This document shows positions 1 through 7,164 of a DNA stretch of 64,000 nt, in pieces; the stretch's first letter is position 1, and each line of letters begins with the position of its first letter. The stretch comes from an uncultured Candidatus Saccharibacteria bacterium (GTDB taxonomy: Bacteria > Patescibacteriota > Minisyncoccia > Phycocordibacterales > CAYSCM01). The notes below the pieces were generated by a model. That model saw nothing but the letters and a program-made list of their open reading frames with translations. It did not search any database and was not told the origin of the DNA. The DNA is taken from contig CAYSCM010000001.1 of assembly GCA_964429815.1 (NCBI GenBank), positions 160,001-224,000 of the forward strand, written 5' to 3'. A program made the position numbers and the translations under genes.

Positions 1-229
1 TATGCCCAATACTTATGGGGTATACGGGAACTTCACATTGCCAAGCAATTTTAAGAATTAGAGAAATTTCTTTTTCATTTTCTGGAAGCAAAGCTCCCCC
101 GATCTGCTTACTATCTAACTCTATTGTTGACGCACCATAACGTTCCTGAGCCACATCTGGAGGCAAGACTCTTGAGTTTCCGAGTAATCCCCTCCATTGT
201 TCTAATGCCTCGGTAAGCCCCTCTGACAT
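1..229 (-). CDS. FAD-linked oxidoreductase (FAD_binding_4/PCMH-type), N-terminal fragment; the gene runs off the left window edge
   Basis: Minus-strand ATG at 229 opens MSEGLTEALEQWRGLLGNSRVLPPDVAQERYGASTIELDSKQIGGALLPENEKEISLILKIAWQCEVPVYPISIGH and continues past position 1. The ...P..E.E...I.K.A....VPV.P.G.GH pattern is typical of the N-terminus of FAD-linked oxidases. It is the last gene of the AT-rich island operon. Confidence 0.4.
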   Translation of the reverse strand, partial: MSEGLTEALEQWRGLLGNSRVLPPDVAQERYGASTIELDSKQIGGALLPENEKEISLILKIAWQCEVPVYPISIGH

Positions 230-290
230 GCAGTAAGGCTATCATGAACTCTCCTTTGCTGGGTGCGAACTAATTCGCTTGGAGATTCAA

Positions 291-1427
291 CTAAAAATTG
301 AAGCCGACGCTAAGCAAAAACGTTTTGAATTCGGAAGAAACAGCAGCTAATTTCTCTGCGCGAGCTTTCAAAAAATCTGAATCTGAACGAGTAGCGAGAT
401 CTGAGAAAAAATTACGAATTATGACATTCTGGAACGAATCTGCAGTAGCTTCACTGAATTTTTGGAGAGTCAGCTTGATGTCGGATATCCGCTCATTTCC
501 ATAAAACTCTAGAAGAAAGTTTGCATAGAAAAATCTAGCCTGCATAAAGACACCCCGCGTTTGATAACTTTCCTCATCTTCTCCCACTTTCGGTAAAGCG
601 TCCTGGAACGCCATCTCTCGCTCCTGAACTGCAATGTTTTTTAATACTCGGCTACTCGCGTTCATGCTGATAGCACGATAAAGACGCTGTCTTGCTACAT
701 GACTTGGTTCATATACCAAAGAGCTTTTGGACATATCGCCTCGTTTGATAAGTTCCTGAATTCTTGTGGCAAGAGTTTCCTTAGTCATTCCATTTGGAAT
801 AAAATTATTCGTTAGGAAACCGCTATATAGATATGCCGCTGAATAATTTGCGAGTGAATTTGGATATTTCTGGTCAGAAAGTAGGAAAAAATTAATTGCG
901 ACTAGACGCATATCTTCAGATGTAGAGGTTGCGGGCAAAAAAGAATTGTAGGGGGCTTCCTTGAAATTTGTTTCATAAAAAGTTCGGTCGCGAGAAGCTA
1001 TAAGAAAACCGATATCATCCAGAGCAGCGGCTATATTTGCAGGTGAGGAGGATGTATCGGCCAGAAAAGTTTTGTATATCTGCAGAGCCTCGGTTCGGTC
1101 ATTTCCCTCATTTCGGTTCCAAAGATCGAACGCTAGCATTGCATTTAGATGAAATTTTGTATTACTGTCCTGCGCCTCGATGATGAGGCTCCTCTCAGCA
1201 TCAATCGAACCATTCAAATCTCCACTATGATGGAGAGTGTGTGCTTCTTCATAATTTTTCCCGAACAATGTCATGGTGGCGTTACCTTTGTAGTACAAAG
1301 CATACCAATAGTAAACACCACCTGAAATCGCAACAACTAAAAGAATCAGAGTTAGGCGGAATGCTACTCTAGAGCTTTGCGGTCGTGATCCGATTGATTG
1401 CTGATCTGGAGAACTCTCCATATTCAA
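291..1427 (-). CDS. Hypothetical membrane-anchored protein (one N-terminal TM helix, large soluble domain); island operon member
   Basis: 378-aa ORF. N-terminal hydrophobic segment LTLILLVVAISGGVYYWYALYY. K/N/Y/F-rich composition matches the AT-rich island. Start lies 13 nt after the upstream peptide stop. No recognisable motif. Confidence 0.5.
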   Translation of the reverse strand: MNMESSPDQQSIGSRPQSSRVAFRLTLILLVVAISGGVYYWYALYYKGNATMTLFGKNYEEAHTLHHSGDLNGSIDAERSLIIEAQDSNTKFHLNAMLAFDLWNRNEGNDRTEALQIYKTFLADTSSSPANIAAALDDIGFLIASRDRTFYETNFKEAPYNSFLPATSTSEDMRLVAINFFLLSDQKYPNSLANYSAAYLYSGFLTNNFIPNGMTKETLATRIQELIKRGDMSKSSLVYEPSHVARQRLYRAISMNASSRVLKNIAVQEREMAFQDALPKVGEDEESYQTRGVFMQARFFYANFLLEFYGNERISDIKLTLQKFSEATADSFQNVIIRNFFSDLATRSDSDFLKARAEKLAAVSSEFKTFLLSVGFNF

Positions 1428-1439
1428 ACGCTAGATTTT

Positions 1440-1751
1440 TTAGCAACACTCAAGACCACCACCTTGCACCGACGCTTCACAACTTCCTCCTCCCCCACCC
1501 CCTTCAGCAAATCCATATCCCGATTCAGAATAATATGATGACTGGCCATAGTATCCTGACTGGCCGTAGTACGTAGATTGACTATAAGGAGTATCGGCTG
1601 AAGTAACGTTTGGAACGGCAAGTCCGCCAAGATTCCCTACTGATGGCACAGCGGCTGACGAATCTTTATTCAATAGATTAGTGAAGAAAATAAAAACTAC
1701 CAGAGAGGCAAGTGACAAAGCATTGATAACTAGTTGTCCAAGCGAACGCAT
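1440..1751 (-). CDS. Small membrane-anchored Gly/Tyr/Ser-rich peptide with a C-terminal Cys-containing tail; candidate substrate or precursor of the adjacent YcaO
   Basis: 103 aa. N-terminal TM/signal-anchor LVINALSLASLVVFIFFTNLL. Low-complexity repeats YYGQSGYYGQSSYY. C-terminus GGGGGGSCEASVQGGGLECC. It sits directly downstream of the YcaO gene in the same operon. Confidence 0.45.
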   Translation of the reverse strand: MRSLGQLVINALSLASLVVFIFFTNLLNKDSSAAVPSVGNLGGLAVPNVTSADTPYSQSTYYGQSGYYGQSSYYSESGYGFAEGGGGGGSCEASVQGGGLECC

Positions 1752-1801
1752 ATGTTAATAATACCAAGTTGGACAAAGTAGCCCAAGAACTTATGAACAC
1801 C

Positions 1802-3334
1802 CTATGGAAACGGGTGGGGTGTCACATTCACCTCAAAGTCACTGCTATCTTTATATCCGAAAGGATATAAACGAGAAGAGCCGAGAGGTGCAAACGTTTC
1901 ATTCATATAAAGAGAAATAAGCCCGGGAACACAGATTTTTACTGAATGATAGTTGAGTTTTCGTAGAATGGGATGACTAGCTTCAAATAAAAATACTTCG
2001 TAAGCAGGACCTCTCGCCTTAAATAGTTCCAGTAACTCATCGAGTCTTTCTCGTGGGGATCGGATAGTTTTATCTTTCCTCAAAAAAGGTACGGGGGTGG
2101 CTGCGATAAAAAAAGAAAACCTGTCGAGAAGTTCTGGTTTCGCCCATAAGAGCTGGCGATTGAAAGCACCCCACTCAAGCGTAAAAGGTTCTATTGAATT
2201 CAGGGAAGGAAGTTCGTCACTTGGTTCATTAACGTTTTGCCAAATGCGCACACTGAGCGCCTCAACAAGAGCTCGTAACAACGAATCTTCGTCATCACCC
2301 CCACACCCACCACCAAGACTTACTGCAGCTCCTCTCCCAGTCCTATCTAACACTGCGGCAATATACACCGGAATACCTACAGCAGAGTCTAGCTGCATAA
2401 AATGAACTTCTAGACCTGCCTCCCTACATTCTTTAAGATGGTGGGTAATACGCGGATCGGTGAATGACTCGACACTTATTTTTTTTGGGATGCGTTTGGT
2501 AAGCCAGTACAGTAAAAATGCATCACGTTGAATAAGTTCATAAAGTCCCGATAGAATCGCCTCATCTCTAGTGAACATTCCCCCCGCCCCATTAGTGTTA
2601 GATTCACGTAACACGGGCTCACCCTCTGTTGCGCGGTAGTTAAAAAAAACCAGTTGTGCGGGAATGAGAGCGTCACGACGTTTTGTCAACGAATAACCTT
2701 CAACAAAGTTAAAAATGCTGTCCCTGGTAAAAAACCGTCTGGGAAAACGTTTTTTCTGCCATGTCGAAGCATGTGAAGCAAGGAAAGGGTCGAGGAAGTG
2801 TCTTTTCCCGCGCTCCAAATCGCTAATTGAGGCTCGGCACAGATCTTTTTCGCGATAAATTGATAGCGGGTAACGCTCGAGTAGTTCCCCGAATACCTTC
2901 GAGAGTGCTTCTTGTATATCACCAGATATCCCCCTACTGTATCCTCCGCTTGCCACTTCTGGGGAACCATCGGTTGGAGAATTTGCTGCCCAGAGCCTTA
3001 CCGCGAAAAGACTTGGCTCCCCATGTAAAACCTTATCGAAGGTAATGTTCGGTTGCTTTAAAACTCCATTTGCATATAAGTACTGGCTCAATATTTGCCA
3101 TTCTGGAGGAATAGGATATTGCTGGGTCGGAAGAATTTCTGGATAAGAAGGCAACGGGTGGCCATGTTTCAGTCGAAGTATATCGGCGAAAGAAACGGGT
3201 AAATGATATCGAAAATGTGGGCCGACTGGGTAGCGCAAAGGATAATTTACCTGGTTATAAAAAGGTAGATAGGTGCCTAGACCTCGTTGGTTTTCGGAAT
3301 TTTTTTCTAAAACCGTAATCGGTTGGTTAAGCAT
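1802..3334 (-). CDS. YcaO-domain protein (ATP-dependent amide-backbone activating enzyme family)
   Basis: ORF listed 1802..3460. The internal Met at 3334 gives an ATG overlapping the upstream TAA, typical translational coupling, so I take 3334 as the probable start. YcaO N-terminal motif GYSRGISGDIQEALSKVFGELLERY. Core motif SNTNGAGGMFTRDEAILSGLYELIQRDAF (compare E. coli YcaO SNGMSAGNTRNEARVQGLSEVFERY). Pro-rich C-terminus ...VTPHPFP as in azoline-forming YcaOs. Confidence 0.75.
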   Translation of the reverse strand: MLNQPITVLEKNSENQRGLGTYLPFYNQVNYPLRYPVGPHFRYHLPVSFADILRLKHGHPLPSYPEILPTQQYPIPPEWQILSQYLYANGVLKQPNITFDKVLHGEPSLFAVRLWAANSPTDGSPEVASGGYSRGISGDIQEALSKVFGELLERYPLSIYREKDLCRASISDLERGKRHFLDPFLASHASTWQKKRFPRRFFTRDSIFNFVEGYSLTKRRDALIPAQLVFFNYRATEGEPVLRESNTNGAGGMFTRDEAILSGLYELIQRDAFLLYWLTKRIPKKISVESFTDPRITHHLKECREAGLEVHFMQLDSAVGIPVYIAAVLDRTGRGAAVSLGGGCGGDDEDSLLRALVEALSVRIWQNVNEPSDELPSLNSIEPFTLEWGAFNRQLLWAKPELLDRFSFFIAATPVPFLRKDKTIRSPRERLDELLELFKARGPAYEVFLFEASHPILRKLNYHSVKICVPGLISLYMNETFAPLGSSRLYPFGYKDSSDFEVNVTPHPFP

Positions 3335-5216
3335 GTTTTTTATATAAAAGCCTTGATATACCGAGTAAAATATGTGCGCTGGAATCAACCCACGCATCGG
3401 GGTTATTGTTATCGTGACGAAATCCTCCAACAAGCTTGTCTTGTCGTTCTTTAGGAACAAAAAAAAGATTGGTTTCGTCGTACTGCATTTTAGAAAGCCA
3501 ATCTAGCGCTCTAGCAAGGACTACTTTGTTGTTTTTCGAGTCAACAGCCAAAACCTCAAAAATTTTTCCTGTACCTCGGGTAAAAGAAAAAACAGAATTT
3601 TTTGTTCGAGGAAATGACCCGTCACTATTTTGTGAATTTTTCATCCAGAAAGTCACACGGTCCACAACCTCCATATTGTGGGGGAAGAAAAGATTTACAA
3701 GTTCAGCGTATAAAGCAAACTCAATACCTTCTCGTTTCTCTATATCTTGGTCAAATTTTTCAACCAAACGTCTCTCAAGAACCGGGGCTCCGCTTTGCTC
3801 CCACTGTGCAACAGGCATAATGAGTCGAGCCAGACCAAGCGCATGTGACAGCGTTATCACATCGTCACGCCAATAAAGTGGCAATAGGGACGCTAAAAAT
3901 TTTTCTGCAAGCTTTCTTTCACCGAGAGCCCAGGCTGCTTTGCCCAGATAAGCTCTAGTTAGATCAGCGCCGGCAATTTCTCTGGGGCGCCGATCCAATT
4001 GCTTTTCTATAGCCGCCATGCCACGATGTGCCGCCTTAACATAGTCCCGTCCAATCGATATTTTGGAAAATTCCGCAAGCGCCCACACAGCATATGCCTG
4101 CCTGGGCCAATCAGCAGTAGGAGAAGTGTCCTTTCGAGCCGAGACAATGACACGGAAATTTCCATCTGCGTCTTGATTAAAAGAAAGCCAGGTGGCAATT
4201 TTTTGTGCGACAGCAATTTCATTCTCCGCATTTTCTTGTACAATAGGCCCCTTTAGCGAATATATAGTTCCTATTCTTTGCGGAAATTCTATAAGATCTT
4301 CCACTTCGAAACTTACTGTCTCGGCTTTATCGATTGAACCCTGTATCGAAGCTTTTTCCCTGGCAAGGTTTAATAACAATTCGGGCATTCCGGAAAAATG
4401 TCGAATATTGAATATTTCCGGCAAAAACCAACCGCGATGGCTGCCGAGAGCCAAAAGATACCCCTTATCAGTGTATATGTCGCTGTTCTGTTTTTCTTTT
4501 TGTGTGAGCGGAATACGTAAATGACCCATAAGCGTAATTTCGATTACGACAGTTTCAAGCTCACTAGGGCCTATAGGTTTAAAACGTGGATCTCGAGCAG
4601 CCATCATAGCCGCCGTGGCAACTGCTTGTCCGATTTCCTTATTTTCTATGATGATGGAGCCGCGAAATTGTCCCTCAATCCAGAATGCTACATCAACATC
4701 ATTACGTAAGTGTAGACGCGTAGATCTTTGTGGAAGAATAAATTTTTCATCTCCATTATTGACATAATGTGTAAGTGCATGCCGGGCAATCCTGAATAAC
4801 TCCTTCTTTTCTTCATTTAATAAACCCCACCGTAATGGCTGCGGTGAAACGTTTCGCTTTTTCGACTCACGTATCTGGATAGTTGGCGAGGAATATAGGA
4901 TGGCCCACATTTCATCTACTTCCACGGATATCGGTGAATATTCGATAATAAATGTTATAGAGTCTTTGGAAGGAGGTGGGGGGATTTCGATAGGATGGTC
5001 ACCATACGTGAGCGGAAATGAAAAAGAAAAATATCTAACCTTCCCCTTCCCTCTTAAACAAAGGATGTCCTCTTTATTCGCCAATGTGCTAATAAAAAGA
5101 AAAGTTTCTTCAATTTGACGAGAAAAATGTTTGTTAAAAAATCTCTTATGGGGGGTGAAAAAAAAACCCTTTCGCATGATGAAGGCATCATAACACTCAG
5201 AAAATATCTGTAACAA
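3327..5216 (-). CDS. AMMECR1-domain protein fused to a C-terminal alpha/alpha-toroid (prenyltransferase/terpene-cyclase-like or LanC-like) repeat domain
   Basis: AMMECR1 signature LNEEKKELFRIARHAL ... RGSIII ... AVATAAMMAARDPRF ... YLLALGSHRGWFLPEI. C-terminal Q-x-DG-x-F type repeats (NQDADGNFRV, NSQNSDGSFPR, VGGFRHDNNNPDAWVDSSAHILLGI). The true start may be an internal Met near 4910. Confidence 0.55.
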   Translation of the reverse strand: MLQIFSECYDAFIMRKGFFFTPHKRFFNKHFSRQIEETFLFISTLANKEDILCLRGKGKVRYFSFSFPLTYGDHPIEIPPPPSKDSITFIIEYSPISVEVDEMWAILYSSPTIQIRESKKRNVSPQPLRWGLLNEEKKELFRIARHALTHYVNNGDEKFILPQRSTRLHLRNDVDVAFWIEGQFRGSIIIENKEIGQAVATAAMMAARDPRFKPIGPSELETVVIEITLMGHLRIPLTQKEKQNSDIYTDKGYLLALGSHRGWFLPEIFNIRHFSGMPELLLNLAREKASIQGSIDKAETVSFEVEDLIEFPQRIGTIYSLKGPIVQENAENEIAVAQKIATWLSFNQDADGNFRVIVSARKDTSPTADWPRQAYAVWALAEFSKISIGRDYVKAAHRGMAAIEKQLDRRPREIAGADLTRAYLGKAAWALGERKLAEKFLASLLPLYWRDDVITLSHALGLARLIMPVAQWEQSGAPVLERRLVEKFDQDIEKREGIEFALYAELVNLFFPHNMEVVDRVTFWMKNSQNSDGSFPRTKNSVFSFTRGTGKIFEVLAVDSKNNKVVLARALDWLSKMQYDETNLFFVPKERQDKLVGGFRHDNNNPDAWVDSSAHILLGISRLLYKKHA

Positions 5217-5261
5217 AACTAGAAAAAAACGCTTTGCTCTGGTAGGATTCGACCACTATCT

Positions 5262-5333
5262 GCCCTCGTCGTTCAATGGATAGGACGCAAGCTTGCGGAG
5301 CTTGTAATGTCAGTTCGATTCTGGCCGAGGGCG
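5262..5333 (+). tRNA. tRNA-Arg, anticodon GCG by manual folding
   Basis: Cloverleaf: acceptor GCCCTCG/CGAGGGC; D-arm GTTC-AATGGATA-GGAC; anticodon arm CAAGC-TTGCGGA-GCTTG; T-arm GTCAG-TTCGATT-CTGGC; discriminator G. The anticodon assignment should be confirmed with tRNAscan-SE. Confidence 0.7.
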
Positions 5334-5549
5334 CACATAGGGATTTTTGCGCCCGGCCAAAATCGAACGGGAAGGGGTCGGGGAACGGGAGTTCCCCGGG
5401 AGGAAAGCAGAGCGAAGCTCGTCGGAAACCATGGGTTTCTGAAGAGCCACCCTGCGGCGAGTGAGATAGCGAAGCGTCTGGCCGAGGGCGCCCATTTCCC
5501 AAGCGCCGCTTTTGTGGCATCATCCCGAGAGCTTAGTGAGGAGAGTTCG

Positions 5550-6152
5550 ATGCTCCGCAAAGCCGTCCCTATGGCGACGGCCGCTGGGCTCGTCGCACTT
5601 CTATCAGCCGCTGAACCCCTAGAGACCACCTACAAAACGCTGACCTACCGGACGTACCGCGTGGATCTTTCCGGTCGTGCAATGGCTCTTACCGAAGAGC
5701 GCTACGAGTTTGTGAGCCGCGACCTAAACGGAAGAACTCGACTGCGTCTCACGGTCCGAAAGCTCCCCGACGGAGAGATCCTCGAGAAAGACATCCCTGT
5801 AGTCACGACCCGCTTCGGCAACCTAGAGCGTCGCGGGGAGCTTCGGTGGAGCCCCTACCGCCCTCGCATCATCGAGCGTGAGTACGACACCCGCATCGAC
5901 TACACGACTCGAATGGGAGCGCAAAAGATGGCTACCGGTCGATCATTCATGCTTTCGTATGGACTGCGCGAAGCCACCTACGCCGGGAAAATCTACAAGG
6001 CCTTCAAGGTGCGCTCCGACATTTTCGAAAATAACGGATCAATGACGCGATACAAGTGCGTGTACGTGTTTGAACTTCGAACTATCGCTTTTTGTCGAGA
6101 ACAGGGCACCGAAGCTGACATTGAAACCCGACTCGAAAAGGTTGAGAACTAA
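5550..6152 (+). CDS. Secreted hypothetical protein
   Basis: The 5' part of listed ORF 5307..6152 overlaps the tRNA and is spurious. The internal start MLRKAVPMATAAGLVALLSAAEP is a signal peptide. A hairpin-rich terminator region follows at about 6154-6226. Confidence 0.5.
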   Translation: MLRKAVPMATAAGLVALLSAAEPLETTYKTLTYRTYRVDLSGRAMALTEERYEFVSRDLNGRTRLRLTVRKLPDGEILEKDIPVVTTRFGNLERRGELRWSPYRPRIIEREYDTRIDYTTRMGAQKMATGRSFMLSYGLREATYAGKIYKAFKVRSDIFENNGSMTRYKCVYVFELRTIAFCREQGTEADIETRLEKVEN

Positions 6153-6244
6153 AAACCGCCCCTGGCTAAAACAAAATCTTCGATTTTGTTTGCCCGATCA
6201 GCGCAGCTGATCTAGGGAGGCGGTTTTTTCTTTATGTGGAGTTT

Positions 6245-6511
6245 TTATGTGGAGTTTTTGCGTACCAAGGCGACGAGGCGGCTCTTTTTGCGGGCAGCGG
6301 CACCCGCCTTAATGACGCCACGCTTGGCTGCTTTATCGAGGGCCTGGAAAGCCTCCGGGAGGAGTTTCAGAGCATCGGCAGCTTTTCCGACAGCGACAAG
6401 ACGCCGGACCTCAGTCACGGCATCGTGCATCACGCGCTTGCGGCGCAGGTTGAAAACATACTTGCGCGAAGCATTGCGGATGGCCTTCTTGGCGTTCTTC
6501 GTAATCGGCAT
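6245..6511 (-). CDS. rpsT: 30S ribosomal protein S20
   Basis: MPITKNAKKAIRNASRKYVFNLRRKR... is typical of S20. Basic, about 88 aa. The start is the internal Met of the listed ORF. Confidence 0.85.
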   Translation of the reverse strand: MPITKNAKKAIRNASRKYVFNLRRKRVMHDAVTEVRRLVAVGKAADALKLLPEAFQALDKAAKRGVIKAGAAARKKSRLVALVRKNST

Positions 6512-6585
6512 GGGGAGCACTGTAGCCGAAAACCCGCCATGGCGCAACTACGCCGCAAGCGGGTTCTTTGCGGTATTATTGAGCC

Positions 6586-7164
6586 ATGATCGGCAGATTG
6601 CGCGGCACCGTTTCCGGAGGGACGGAGCGGGGCCTCATACTCGACGTAGGAGGTGTTGGTTATCGCGTCCACACCAACCCCCAAAGCAGCGCAAAGTGGC
6701 GCAAGGAACGCGGTGAGATTGTGCTCTACACCCACCTCGCGGTCCGCGAGGATTCCCTCGACCTCTATGGGTTTGAGACCGAAGAAGAGCTTTCTTTCTT
6801 TGAACTTCTCCTCTCCGTCTCGGGGATTGGGCCCAGGTCGGCGCTCAGCATTCTCGCGGTTGGAGACATTGGCGCGCTGCGAAGGGCAATCGGCGCGGGC
6901 GACACCTCCTACCTCACCAAGATCTCCGGGATCGGCAAAAAAACCGCGGAGCGTATTATTCTTGATCTTCGCGATAAAGCCGGTGGCGGCTCGGCAGAAG
7001 AGGCGGCACAACTGCGCGGCGACGTTGATGTGCTCGAAGCGCTCCGGGCACTGGGGTATGCCGGCAAAGAGGCCCGAGACGCCGTGGTGAAGGTGAGTCG
7101 GGAAGGTATGGATACGAACCAAAAACTCAAGGCGGCCCTGCGCGAGCTCGGCTCCGGCGTATGA
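6586..7164 (+). CDS. ruvA: Holliday junction DNA helicase subunit RuvA
   Basis: MIGRLRGTV... LDVGGVGYRV and HhH motifs LLSVSGIGPRSALSIL / LTKISGIGKKTAERIILDL. Confidence 0.9.
   Translation: MIGRLRGTVSGGTERGLILDVGGVGYRVHTNPQSSAKWRKERGEIVLYTHLAVREDSLDLYGFETEEELSFFELLLSVSGIGPRSALSILAVGDIGALRRAIGAGDTSYLTKISGIGKKTAERIILDLRDKAGGGSAEEAAQLRGDVDVLEALRALGYAGKEARDAVVKVSREGMDTNQKLKAALRELGSGV

Noticed and set aside
3335-3460. First 42 codons of the listed YcaO ORF (start at 3460), which would overlap the upstream AMMECR1-fusion gene by 134 nt
   Set aside because: A 134-nt same-strand overlap is unlikely. Met43 (3334) gives a classic ATG/TAA coupling overlap, so that start is preferred, though the longer start cannot be excluded.
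5307-5549. N-terminal 81 codons of listed ORF 5307..6152 (+), which overlap the tRNA-Arg and the direct repeat
   Set aside because: It runs through a tRNA gene. A signal-peptide-bearing internal Met at 5550 gives a sensible secreted protein. The extension is an artefact of longest-ORF calling.
6154-6226. Possible bidirectional terminator between the secreted protein gene and rpsT
   Set aside because: Several nested palindromes are present (GATCAGC-GCA-GCTGATC; CAAAACAAAAT-CTTCG-ATTTTGTTTTG; outer CCGCCCC / GGGAGGCGG plus TTTTTTC), but none is a clean hairpin-plus-T-tract. I left it out of the feature list as unresolved structure.
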